From Anthoceros angustus (Eukaryota; Plantae; Anthocerotophyta), in contig MU008173.1 of the NCBI GenBank assembly GCA_010909165.1, forward strand, positions 930,001 to 994,000: 64,000 nt of DNA. The letters run 5' to 3'. The notes under the pieces are model-generated. The model was not told where the DNA came from and did not search any database. It saw only the letters and a list, made by a program, of their open reading frames with translations. Both the position numbers and the translations under genes were made by a program. Shown in pieces: positions 22,803 through 34,156 of this stretch; positions within the stretch are counted from its first letter, which is position 1; every line of letters begins with the position of its first letter.

Positions 22803-25292
22803 ATGGCCGGCAGCGCGCGCCTATGCTCCACGATCGCCTTTCACTGCTGCTGCTCACCCTCTTCTTCTGCTGCAGTCTGGATCCGGCTATGTTCACCAGG
22901 ATGTCGAACCTGCTGCTGCCTCCCCCTTGCTCCGCCGGCCTATGGCTACCTTCAAACACGTAGGGTGCCCCCCCTATTGCTAGTCCCGTCGTGGACCCAA
23001 GAAATTGGTGTGTGTACAGGGATTGTACGAGGAGCCCCCGCTCGCCTCACTTCAAGAAGGGAATCCCCGGCAAACAGAGCCTCCAGCTGCAGCAGTGTAA
23101 GGAGCCCAGCACTTCCACTGCCGAGAGAATGTGTGGGTGGGGACGGGTTTTCCAACGATGGTCGTCGCCAGGAGGCGGCGAGCACTTGTGGCAACAATTT
23201 TTGGACCCTATCATGTGGTATGACAGACGAGATAAGAAGAGATCCGTTCACGACTTGGCGTAAGGGGTCCGGTGAGTGCTGTGGTTAAACAACATGTTTA
23301 AGCCAGCTTGGGTTGATAAGCTCGTTTCCTTGGATATGCAGATGGGTCATGGGGCCTCTCCTTCCGAGTGGAGCTCTCCGGATAGGCCTGAACCTGGCGT
23401 CGTAACGGTTGGAACCGTGAGCATGTTATGTCAGCAGGGGAAGCTTTCCGAGGCCGTTGAAGCCCTGGAATCTCTGGCGCAGACAGACTTTGCTATTTCT
23501 CGGTCCCTTTTTTACACTGTGTTAAAACTGTGTACAGCTAAGAAAAATGTGGTTGTGGGGCGACGAGTTCATGATCTCATTGCCAAACATGGGTACGAGT
23601 CGAGTGCATACTTGGGGAACCACATCTTACGTGTATGCTTGTTGTGGTAGTCTGCAGGAGGCCATGGATGTCTTCACCAGTGTGGCCAAACCGGATGTCT
23701 TCATGTGGTTTTCCATAATCTCTGCCCATGCTAAGCACGGAAAGCCTAAGGAGGCCATACAACTGTATCATGAGATGTGTCGGTCAGGAGCGAAGCCAGA
23801 TGGTCACGTCTTTGTAGCTGCCCTTCAGGCTTGTGCATTTGCCGCCGACTTGAAATCTGGGAGAAAATTGCACTGCGATGTGATGCAGAGTGGCATTCCT
23901 AGTAGCTTGTTTGTTGGCAACAGCCTGGTGGACATGTATGCAAAGTGCGGTGAATTGAAAGATGCACGTCAGGTTTTTGACAGCATGGCCACAAAGGATG
24001 TGGTTACTTGGAATGCTCTGATATCTGGTTATGCAAAATGTGGTGAACTGAAAGATGCACGCCAGGTTTTTGACAGCATGAACACAAAGAATGTGGTGAC
24101 ATGGACTGCCGTCATAGCTGGGTATGCCCAGCAAGGACTTGGACAAGAGGCGCTTCTTCTGTATGAACGAATGGAGCAGGAGGGCCTGGTTTTGGCAAAT
24201 CATGTTACTTTTGTTGGCCTTCTGAAGGCCTGTGCAAGCACTGGTGCTTTGCAAAAGGGCAGGCAGCTGCACTCACGGATTGTGGGAAGAGGACTGCTGG
24301 ATGACTTAGTGTTGGGCAACTGCCTGGTGGACATGTATGCAAAATGTGGTGACTTGGAAGGCTGCACGCGGGTTTTTGACATGAATACAAAGGATGTGGT
24401 GACATGGACCTACGATATCCGGGTATGGTACATGATGAAGGTCACAAGGCTCTAGCTTGTTTTGAGGAGATGTTAGTTGCCGGTATTCAGCCTGATGGTG
24501 CTACGTTTGCTTGCCTGTTAGTAGCATGCAGTCATGAGGGACTGGTCCAGGAGGGTCGCAAGCACTTTGATTCCATGGCTGAACAGCATGGAATAAAACC
24601 TACTGTCGAGCATTACAACTGCATGATTGATCTTCTTGGACGTTCAGGCCATTTAGATGAGGCAGAGGAGATGCTATTATCCTGTGAAGGCCTACGTGAT
24701 GTTGTGGGATTGACATCTTTGTTGAATGCCTGCAAAAGTCACGGGGATTTAGACAGGGCGATGCGGTGTTTTGAAAGCATTGTTAGGCTGGACCCCCAGG
24801 AGGCGCCCGCCTATGTACTCATGGCCAATGCCTATGCAGATGGTGTAGGTGGACGGATGTAGGCAGATTGAAACACGAGAAGGGTAGCGAGCCAACAAGA
24901 AAGCTGCGGTGGCGGCCGTTGAGGTGAATAAGGAGGTACATAGATTTACGGTGGGAGAAAGGAGAGGATATTGCGCTTAAGGTAGAGATCACGAATGCAC
25001 GTATGAAGCAGGAAGGAGGCCACGTACCTCACACAAAGTTGGTGTTGAAGCCATTGAGTGAGAAGGAAAAGGAAGATGTGCTTTGTGGGCATCTTGAGAA
25101 GCTAGCTCGCGTTTGGTCTCTTGAACACTCAGTGGGACACCTCGGTGGTAACGAAGAATCTACGCATGTGCGGATCGCCATAGTTCCACGGAGATCATGT
25201 CAAGGCTTGAACAGAGAGACATCGTTGTAAGGGATGGGTACCGTGTGCATCGATTTGCAGCTGGTTGTTGCAGTTGTAAGGGTCGACCGTGA
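22803..25292 (+). pseudogene. Full-length but frameshifted PDF / PLS-PPR / E / DYW:KP (GRP) copy
   Basis: Colinear with 29510-32170 from ATG to ...CSCKGRP*; patches of single-base indels at ~22810-23280, ~23640, ~24360-24430 and ~24840-25200. Confidence 0.88.
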
Positions 25293-26574
25293 GAACGCGA
25301 TCTGGCTGGGTCACGGAGGTTGGTGAGCTCACCTGCCATGGACGGGCATGTCAGGGATCTGGTGTCCAGGCGTAGAATTTGGGTCGTATCAGGTGGAATC
25401 AGTGCTGCGCTTGTCAGGTTGAGCTCGTAACTGAGGTAGGGAGTTATGGGGTCATGACAGTGGGGGCCCCTGTTTCCTCCGGCTTTGAGCCCTACATAGC
25501 GCGGGGAACATCCCAGCTAGTTGTGCCACATGGTGCTGCAGGGCCGCAGCAGAGGTGTTCCCCCTTCTCCTCTCCACCCAGTGTTCCCTGACCAGTCCAC
25601 TCATCCCTCAGGTGTGCTTCCGCTTCTGCTTCCCCTCTAATTTCTGCTTAAAACTCACAGTTGCTTCCTATTAACCGCTGTCAAGATCCTGCCTTCCCCA
25701 CTGACCTGTATTCCTCAAGGAGGCCCGGATCCTCCCTCCGTTGCACCTGTATTATGGGCCCCTCTTCACCCGTTACCATCTCCGCTGGAGACCCAGGCTG
25801 TGGTTCCTCTCCTCATCTTTGTCACCCCCCCCTCCCAATCCTCACCTCACGTGTTCTCCTCACCCCTTGCCTCTCCTTTCACCCTTGGCACCTTACTGCA
25901 CGCGGCAACGCTCTCTAGATTGTTTTTAAAAAAAATTTAATGTTGTGTGCAGTCATTTGCCGGACTGGAGCTCAGATAATTGGAAGGCCCACTGTCTGGC
26001 GGAGCTCAGACGCAAGGCTCTCCACAACCAAGTTGTTCCATTTGAAGCACACATCTCTTAGGGTGGCGCTTAGGGTGGGGGATTAGCCGGCCACGGATTC
26101 TCCAACGAGATGAGCTCGCGGATTATGTAGGTACTCGTGGGGATTGTCAAGATTTTGCCTGGTGTTCATGCATGCATAATGTTGCTACCCGGAAGATACC
26201 GGATGTTTAATTGCTTGGTCACAACAGTGTGGTAACAAGCACTCCCGGTCCCTTGTGTATATCTGGGTGTGCAGATTATGGGCTCGGACAAGAGGCACTG
26301 GTTCTGTATGGACAAAAAGAGCTGGAGGGCCTGATTGTAGCTGACAACATTACTTTGCAAGTGCTTGTGCCTTACAAATGGTCAGGCAGGTGCACTCACA
26401 TTGTGAACGGGGACACCAAAAAACATGCTTGTGGGCACTTGCCTGGTGGCCATGCAAAAGGACCACCGTCGAGCTCGCGGCCTTCTTCCTTCGTATGTCG
26501 GCTATACACAGGTTCAGACAATCTAGTTATCACCGGGCTTCTAATTCCTCACAAGAGGGCAAACTCTTGCCACC

Positions 26575-26850
26575 CCCGGGTACCGAGCAGCACCTTAGGA
26601 TAGAGCAACCCACCTCCCTACCGGGCAGCACCCCAGGATAGAGCAACCCACCTCCCTACCGGGCAGCACCCCAGGATAGAGCATCCCAGCACCCCAAGAT
26701 AGAGCATCCCAGCACCCCAAGATAGAGCATCCCAGCACCCCAAGATAGAGCATCCCAGCACCCCAAGATAGAGCATCCCACCTGCTTATCAGGCAGCACC
26801 TGAGGATAGAGCATCCTAGCACCCCAAGAAAGAGCATCCCACCTCCCTGG
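26575..26850. repeat. 23-bp minisatellite with a 38-bp variant
   Basis: Tandem agcaccccaagatagagcatccc. Confidence 0.9.
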
Positions 26851-27329
26851 CTTCTCAGTCTCCGGACACTCCTCCTTCCTCCTATTTGTCCAATAGGGTG
26901 GGTCCGTATAGAAATGCACGGGGCTTGTGAAAAAATCCTAGGTAATTATAAATTTCTTGTTTTGACAAAGTCGTGGTATAGTCTTAAAACAAAATTGGGT
27001 CTGAGTTGAACTGAAACCATAGGCCATGAGCTGGGCCTATGGATTAATGTTTGTCTACGTACATTTGTGTTTGTGGCATGCCTGATTACCTGTCCGATGA
27101 TCCCGGTTTGTTCAGCCCACCTTGTTCCATTTTATTGTACATCCGCGACATCCACAATACCACAACAAGAACCATGTCCTATAGTAGACAGGGTCTCCAT
27201 ATTAATTCAAAACACCTTGGATGACAAAGTGGTATCTTTAAATTAAAAGCCTCTTAGGCTACTATTGTCTGTCCTTGTTTGTTGAGCTGTTGTCCAGATT
27301 GTCCACTTCTTTTCCATTCTAGTGCTACT

Positions 27330-28570
27330 CGCTTCCCTAGTAGCACCTCATTTCTCAGTTTGGCATAGCCACTCCGCGGGGTTATGAGTCCGTGGTGTTT
27401 GGAGTGAAGGCATACCTTGACACCCACCCGGAGTGGGTGGTCTTACAGGTGGATGTTGAGAATGTCTTCTATACCATCTCCATAGGCGTCATCTTCAAGG
27501 AGTTCGGGGACGTTCGTGGCATCTTGGGGAGCCTTATCCCTTTTGTACGGTGCTTCTACGGGAGGTCCTCTCACCTTTACTATGAGAACAAGAATGTGTC
27601 ATCGGGATTTGTTGTCTCTGTCCTGGAATAGACCACAGGTACCAGGCAAGACGACCCCCTGGGTGGTGCTCTCTTCGCCATCGCTCACCACAGGGCGCTA
27701 TCCAGGGCGGCCTCTTTTGTGCGTGCCTGTGTCTTCCCTTTGCTACCAGATGAATTTCACATCTTCGGGCTTGGGGACAAGGTGAAGGAGGCTTTCGAGC
27801 TCTTCTCTCACAAGGTTTCTTTGGTGGGCTTGAAGCTCAAGCTGTCCAAGTGCCAGGTCTTGTCTCCTTTGGGGAGCCTCCCTACTTTGCAGTTCCCTAA
27901 AGGGAAGATTGCTCCGGCTTGGGCCTTCGAATTGCCTTCAGCTCCCTGGACTTCATTGGGAGCTTCCTGGACTAGGCTCTTGTAGAAGACCTCTCCCACA
28001 TCGAGGTCCTCCCGGGCCCTCTCTGCCCCTGCTTTGGCCTTCTACTTCATCCTCCGCAACTCGCCCTTTCTGGAGGGTTTTGTATCAGGAGTGGAGGAGG
28101 GAACCTTCCCTCTCCAAATGTCAATGGTTTTAGGGGGTTGCAAGCATCTTTGCTCGAGAAGCAGCTTAGTTAAGTTTTCTACTCCGTCCTCCTTGGCCCC
28201 TCCATCCCCAGGTCCATAAAGGCTCGGCTTCGCTCCTGCTCTGAGAAGGGCACAGCCGCCTGGCTTTTAGCTCGTCCATGTATACGGGGTTTTCTCATCG
28301 CACCAACCACCTTTCTCTACTGCGATGCGATTCCATCTTGCCCTGCTCCAGCCAGTGGCTTCTTCCCTCCTTATTTGCGAGTGCAGCTCTCCCCTCAATG
28401 ACTATGGGATTCATCTTGCTCATTGTTCCCATGGGGTCATCGCATTGCCACCCATGACGCTATATGTGATGTCATGTTTGCCATAGCTCGCGAAAGCGGC
28501 TACTTGGCTTGGAGGGAGAGAGGGTACACTCTTCGTTCAGATCAGTCAATCAGGGCTAACTTGTAGTTCA
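27330..28570 (+). mobile_element. Degenerate CRE/SLACS-like non-LTR retrotransposon (RT plus CCHC/RHD region)
   Basis: QFGIATPRGYESVVFG...VLQVDVENVFYTIS...FVRCFYG...TGTRQDDPLGGALF (GxxQGDPLG-like); later CECSSPLNDYGIHLAHC...HRIATHDAICDV preceding a restriction-like endonuclease. Confidence 0.8.
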
Positions 28571-29509
28571 CCTGCATCCTGCTATATTTCTTAATTTCGA
28601 CAGCCATTGCCTCGGCAGCAGCCCATCCTAGACAGTTAATAATCACCTACGCAGAGATGATATCGTGTGTAGGGTCAATGACCACCATGTCCGCCACCAT
28701 ATCCTGGTCTTTGGGTTCAACAGACTCTTCACGATATGACTAGGGTGGGGGACATCTACATAACACAAGCAAACGGGCGGACATGGTGGCCATTGGTATT
28801 TGACAAAATTTAGGAATCGCTCACTTGGTACTGGAAGAAAATGTTAACAAACACCCACTAGGCTTTCATTTCATGTCTTGCCATGAAACAAGTTCCCGAA
28901 CAACGTAAGAAAATGCTTGCCGATACCAATACGAACATAGAGAAAAATTGATCCCATTTCCCATCCATTCGCCCTCGTGCCCATGACCTTCATTGCACCT
29001 GGGCCAACCCATGTGACCATACCAAATGAGATATTTGCAAATCTAATATTTGCTTCTTTCTCTCATTTTCTTGGTCCTTCTCTCGGCTTCCATTCTCAGG
29101 AGGGAGGTCCGGGTACAATGTGAAGGGCACGTCCACGAATGGAGAACACTCTGTTTCATAACAGCAGTGAGAGGCTTCGGGAGAACATTCTATTTCGTAG
29201 ATATTTGATCGTCAGTAGCGGAGAACGTACGCAGCAACTGGAATTTTTAGACGTATCATCATTTCATATATCGCTCACAACTGATGTACACTAACCAAAG
29301 TCTCGAAGATTTTTGGGGTTAAGTAGATCATCATGGATTGGCTTCAAACCTCCGGCTAAAAGCTTTGGCAACTATGTTCATGATGTTTGCCAGTGGCCCG
29401 TGACAGCAGCCGTGATCCACCTCGCACAGAAAGCCAGCGCTATGCGGCCCAGCGCCTACGAATTTGGCACTCGTCTTGGCAATAGGTTGTGCTCTTTCGC
29501 TGCTTGGCC

Positions 29510-32170
29510 ATGGCTTCGGCAGCGCGACGCCTGTGCTCCCTGCTACGCCTTTCACCAGCTGCGTGCTCATCCTCCGCCTCTGCTGCGCTCCGGATCCGGC
29601 TGTGTTCACCAGGATGTCGCTCCTGCAGCTGCCTCCCCCTTGCTCCGCCAGCCTACGGCTACATCCAAACACGTAGGTTGCCCTCACTTTTGCTAATTCC
29701 GTTGTGGACACAAGAATTTGGTCTGTGTACAGGGATTGAACTTGGAGCTTCCGCTAACCTCACTTTAGGGAGTGAACCCCTGGCAAACAGAGCCTCCAGG
29801 TGCAGCAGTGTAAGGAGCCAAGCTCGTCCACTTCCGAGAGAATGTGTGGGTGGGGACGGTTTTTCCATCGATCGTCGTCGCCAGGAGCAGGAGCAGGAGC
29901 AGGAGCACTTGTGGCAACAATATTTTCTGGACCCTAACGTGTGGTGGGACAACAGACGACATAAGGAGAGCTCCCGTTCGCCTGATTTCTGGCGTAAAGG
30001 GTCTGGTGAGGTGCTGTGGTTAAACAACGTGTTTAAGCCAGCTTGGGTTGATGAGCAGCTCGTTGCCTTGGATATGCAGATCGGTCATGGTGCCTCTCCT
30101 TCCGAGTCGAGCTCTCCCGATACGCTTGAATCTGGCTGGCGTGCAGGATCGGAAATGGGCGTCGTAACGGTTGGAACCGTGAGCATGTTATGTCAGCAGG
30201 GGAAGCTCTCTGAGGCCGTTGGAGCCCTGGAATATCTGGCGCAGGTGGACTCTGCTATTTCTCAGTCCCTGTTTTACACTGTGCTAAAACTGTGTACAGC
30301 TAAGAAGGATTTGGTTGTGGGGCGAAGAGTTCATGATCTCACTGTCAAACTTGGGTACAAGTCGAGTGCATACTTGGGGAACCATATCTTGCGCATGTAT
30401 GCATGTGCAGGGAGGCTGCAGGAGGCCATGGATGTCTTCACCAGGGTGGGCAAACCGAATGTGTTCATGTGGTTTTCCATAATCTCTGCACATGCTAAAC
30501 ACGGGAAACCTAATGAGGCCATACAACTGTACCATGAGATGCGTAGGACAGGAGTGAAGGCGAATGCTCACGTCTTTGTCGCTGTCCTTCAGGCTTGTGC
30601 ATTTTCCGCTGACTTGGAATCTGGCAGAAAAGTGCACTGCGATGTGGTGCAGTGTGGCACTCCTACTAACTTGTTTGTTGGCAACAGCCTGGTGCACATG
30701 TATGCAAAATGTGGCGAACTGAAAGACGCACACCAAGTTTTTGATAGCATGGCCACAAAAGATGTAGTTACATGGACGGTGCTGATTGCTGGATATGCAA
30801 AATGTGGTGAACTGGAAGCTGCACGCCAGGTTTTTGATAGCATGGTCACAAAGGATGTGGTGACATGGAATGCCCTGATATCTGGGTATGCAAAATGTGG
30901 TGAACTGAAAGCTGCACGCCAGGTTTTTGACAGCATGAGCACAAAGAATGTGGTGACATGGACTGCCCTGATAGCTGGGTATGCCCAGCACGGACTCGGG
31001 CAAGAGGCGCTTGTTCTGTATGGACAAATGGAGCAGGAGGGCCTGATGTTGGCTGACCACGTTACTTTGGCTTTCCTTCTGAAGGCCTGTGCCAGCGTTG
31101 GTGCCTTACAGATGGGCAGGCAGCTGCACTCACAGATTGTGGGAAGAGGACTGCTGGATGACGTAATGTTGGGCAACTGCCTGGTGGACATGTATGCAAA
31201 ATGTGGTGAACTGGAAGCTGCGCGCCAGGTTTTTGACAGCATGAACACAAAGGATGTAGTGACATGGTCCGCCCTGATATCTGGATATGGTACTTGTGAT
31301 GAAGGTCACAAGGCTCTAGCATGTTTTGAGGAGATGTTAGCTGCCGGTATTCAGCCTGATGGTGCTACTTTTGCTTGCCTGTTAGTAGCATGCAGTCATA
31401 AGGGACTGGTCCAGGAGGGTCGCAAGCACTTCGATTCCATGGCTGAACAGCATGGCATAAAACCTACTGTTGAGCATTACAATTGCATGATTGATCTTCT
31501 TGGACGTGCAGGCAATTTAGATGAGGCAGAGGAGATGCTTTTGTCTTGTGAGGGCCAAGGTGATACTGTGGGATTGACGTCTTTGTTGAATGCCTGCAAA
31601 AGTCACGGGGATCTAGAGAGGGCGATGCGGTGTTTTGAAAGCATTGTTAGGCTGGACCCCCAGGAGGCGCCCGCCTATGTGCTCATGGCCAATGCCTATG
31701 CAGATGCAGGTAGGTGGACGGATGTAGACAGGATTGAAACACAGAGAAGGGTAGCAGGAGCTAACAAGAAAGCTGCAGTGGCGACCATTGAGGTGAATAA
31801 GGAGGTACATAGATTTCTGGTGGGAGAAAGGAGAGAGGATATTGCGCTCAAGGTAGAGAGCACAAATGCACGTATGAGGCAGGAAGGGGGCCACGTACCT
31901 CACACAAAGTTGGTGTTGAAGCCACTGTGTGAGAAGGAAAAGGAAGATTTGCTTTGCGGGCATGCGGAAAAGCTAGCTCTGGCGTTTGGTCTCTTAAACA
32001 CACCGAGTGGGACACCTCTGGTGGTGACGAAGAATCTACGCATGTGCAGTGACTGCCATAGTTCCACGGAGATCATGTCAAGGCTTGAACGTAGAGACAT
32101 TGTTGTAAGGGATGGGTACCGTGTGCATCGATTTGCAGCTGGCTCTTGCAGTTGTAAGGGTCGACCGTGA
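29510..32170 (+). CDS. Intact organellar RNA-editing factor: transit peptide - PDF motif - PLS PPR array - E1/E2 - DYW:KP (GRP subtype), 886 aa, intronless
   Basis: Uninterrupted ORF; array (P)-L-S-P-L-S-SS-SS-P-L-S-P2-L2-S2; KKAAVATIEV in place of the PG box; CGHAEKLA, NLRMCSDCH, HRFAAGSCSCKGRP*. Confidence 0.96.
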   Translation: MASAARRLCSLLRLSPAACSSSASAALRIRLCSPGCRSCSCLPLAPPAYGYIQTRRLPSLLLIPLWTQEFGLCTGIELGASANLTLGSEPLANRASRCSSVRSQARPLPRECVGGDGFSIDRRRQEQEQEQEHLWQQYFLDPNVWWDNRRHKESSRSPDFWRKGSGEVLWLNNVFKPAWVDEQLVALDMQIGHGASPSESSSPDTLESGWRAGSEMGVVTVGTVSMLCQQGKLSEAVGALEYLAQVDSAISQSLFYTVLKLCTAKKDLVVGRRVHDLTVKLGYKSSAYLGNHILRMYACAGRLQEAMDVFTRVGKPNVFMWFSIISAHAKHGKPNEAIQLYHEMRRTGVKANAHVFVAVLQACAFSADLESGRKVHCDVVQCGTPTNLFVGNSLVHMYAKCGELKDAHQVFDSMATKDVVTWTVLIAGYAKCGELEAARQVFDSMVTKDVVTWNALISGYAKCGELKAARQVFDSMSTKNVVTWTALIAGYAQHGLGQEALVLYGQMEQEGLMLADHVTLAFLLKACASVGALQMGRQLHSQIVGRGLLDDVMLGNCLVDMYAKCGELEAARQVFDSMNTKDVVTWSALISGYGTCDEGHKALACFEEMLAAGIQPDGATFACLLVACSHKGLVQEGRKHFDSMAEQHGIKPTVEHYNCMIDLLGRAGNLDEAEEMLLSCEGQGDTVGLTSLLNACKSHGDLERAMRCFESIVRLDPQEAPAYVLMANAYADAGRWTDVDRIETQRRVAGANKKAAVATIEVNKEVHRFLVGERREDIALKVESTNARMRQEGGHVPHTKLVLKPLCEKEKEDLLCGHAEKLALAFGLLNTPSGTPLVVTKNLRMCSDCHSSTEIMSRLERRDIVVRDGYRVHRFAAGSCSCKGRP

Positions 32171-33329
32171 GAATCAGGAAGGTGTAGCCTTTGCGACCTG
32201 GCTGAGAGGCGGAGTTGGGCGAGCTCACCTGCGAGGCAGAGGCTGCTGTAGGAGATGAGGGATCAGTGGCGCAGGTCTGGAATTTGACTAAGATCCTCTG
32301 GGATCGGGGCTGCGCTTGCTGGATTGGGCTCGTATCTGTGGCAGGGAGTGCCCGGGGACGGCGCGGCGCCGTGAACATCACATATAGGGGTTCTACATAG
32401 CGCCGCAGGCGCATAGCAGCGGTGTTCCCTCCACTCCACGCATCCCTCAGGTGTGCTTCCTCCTCCTTTCTTGGTTCTGCTTCTCACAGTTGCCGTACTA
32501 ACCACCGTGAAGAGCCTGCCTTCCCCACTGACCCTTATTCCTCAATGAGGCCCGAATCCTCCTCTCCTCTGTCACACTGGTATTACGCGCCGCTTTTTTA
32601 TCTTTGGAGACGCCTGCTGTGATGTCTTCCTCTCATGGTGTCCTCCTCTTGCCTCCCCTCTTTATCCTCACCTCACGTTTTCCCCTCATCCCTTTCCACT
32701 GTTTCCCGCCCCTCTCCTCTCACCCTTGGCAGCCGACTGCACCCGCCAACTCTGTTAAAACATTGTTAACATTATGTGCATTCAATTGTAGGACGGAAGC
32801 TCGGATAAATTGAAGGCCCGCGGTCTGGTCGAGCTGCGGAGGCACCAATTACGCACCGGATCGGACGCAAGGCCTCCACACATTAGTTGCTCCATTTCTC
32901 GCACACATCTTAGGGGGGCGCTTAGTGTGGACGAGAGAGATGTCCACTGATTCTCCAACGCGAAGAACGCGTGGATGATATACACTTTGGGATTAGCAAG
33001 GGCTTGCCTGGTGGCCAGGTACCTCTGCAAAATTGTGTCAAACTGGAAGACGTCGGATTCTTGACCGCTTAGTCCCAGCAATGTGGTCAATGCAGGCCCC
33101 TGGTACATAGCGCTGGGTATGCAAATTATGGGCTCGGCCAAGGGGCACTTTTTCTGTATGAATCAGACCCGACAATGTTTACTTTTTCTTGCCTTCTGAT
33201 GGCATGCACTCCAGATCAGATCAGGAGGTCTCACTCACCAGATTGTGAAACGGATGTATGTACACAACGAATAGACTTGTGGGCACTTGCCTAACGTGTA
33301 CCGAAGTGGATGCTTCAAGCTGGGGTTTT

Positions 33330-33427
33330 TGAGTGCTTGGCCACGCAGGGTTTTTTTGACTGCTTGGCCACGCTGGGTTTTTTTGACTACTTGGCCACGC
33401 TGGGTTTTTTTGACTGCTTGGCCACGC
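33330..33427. repeat. 27-bp tandem repeat (~3.5 copies) after a PPR relic (33000-33330)
   Basis: tgcttggccacgctgggttttttgac units. Confidence 0.8.
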
Positions 33428-34156
33428 GAAACGAGGCCAGGGGCAGCAGAAGGAAGTTGAAGTTACCAGCAGCAGCTTTGGACTCGACTCTGGGTAGGGC
33501 ACGCTTGCAGGGACCTGAAGGAGTCCACTGCAAAGGAGCCTCGTGGAGGTTACCGCCGTTAGTCCTTAGCATGAACGCTAGGTCCCTCAGTGATCTATGC
33601 ACAGGCTCAGTTAGGGTTGTTAGTTTCCCGAAACATATAAAGGTCCATAACACAAGTTTTGCATGTTATTGCGTTATATGCTCCATTTATCGTCATCTGT
33701 GCCACTGTGCATTGTGTTTGTGTCATTTGTGGTGTTCTCAGGTAGCACTCTACACCGAAGTCCTTGTGGCTTCTGCGAACGACCAGCTGTGTCACTGCCA
33801 GTAAAAGAGTCCCAATACGTAGGGAGTGGAAATCGGAGAAAAGCCTCCGTGCAAACTGCGACAAAGGAGTTAGGAGATAGAGGCATCACCGCATTTCCTA
33901 CTGGTCCTTCACTCACCAGGATCGGGAACTGCCAGTTCATTCACGTCCAGTTGGACAAACCGATTCCGGATCCACGCGTTCAGCACTGCAGCTCCAAGTC
34001 AAATTCCATTGCACCCAAAGGAAGGGCCGGGCCGGCCAACGCTTTGTTATGACTACGTATCAGCGATACAAAGAGTGGAGCTTGAAAGAGATCGAATTCA
34101 CGACACTTCACAGGGCGACCGAGAGTGAAGAGAGCCCAACTAGACAAGCTGCGGCA

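Noticed and set aside
30284-31248. Long antisense ORFs over the PPR gene (also over germins and DXS)
   Set aside because: Shadow ORFs of repetitive or GC-rich coding sequence with no motifs of their own.
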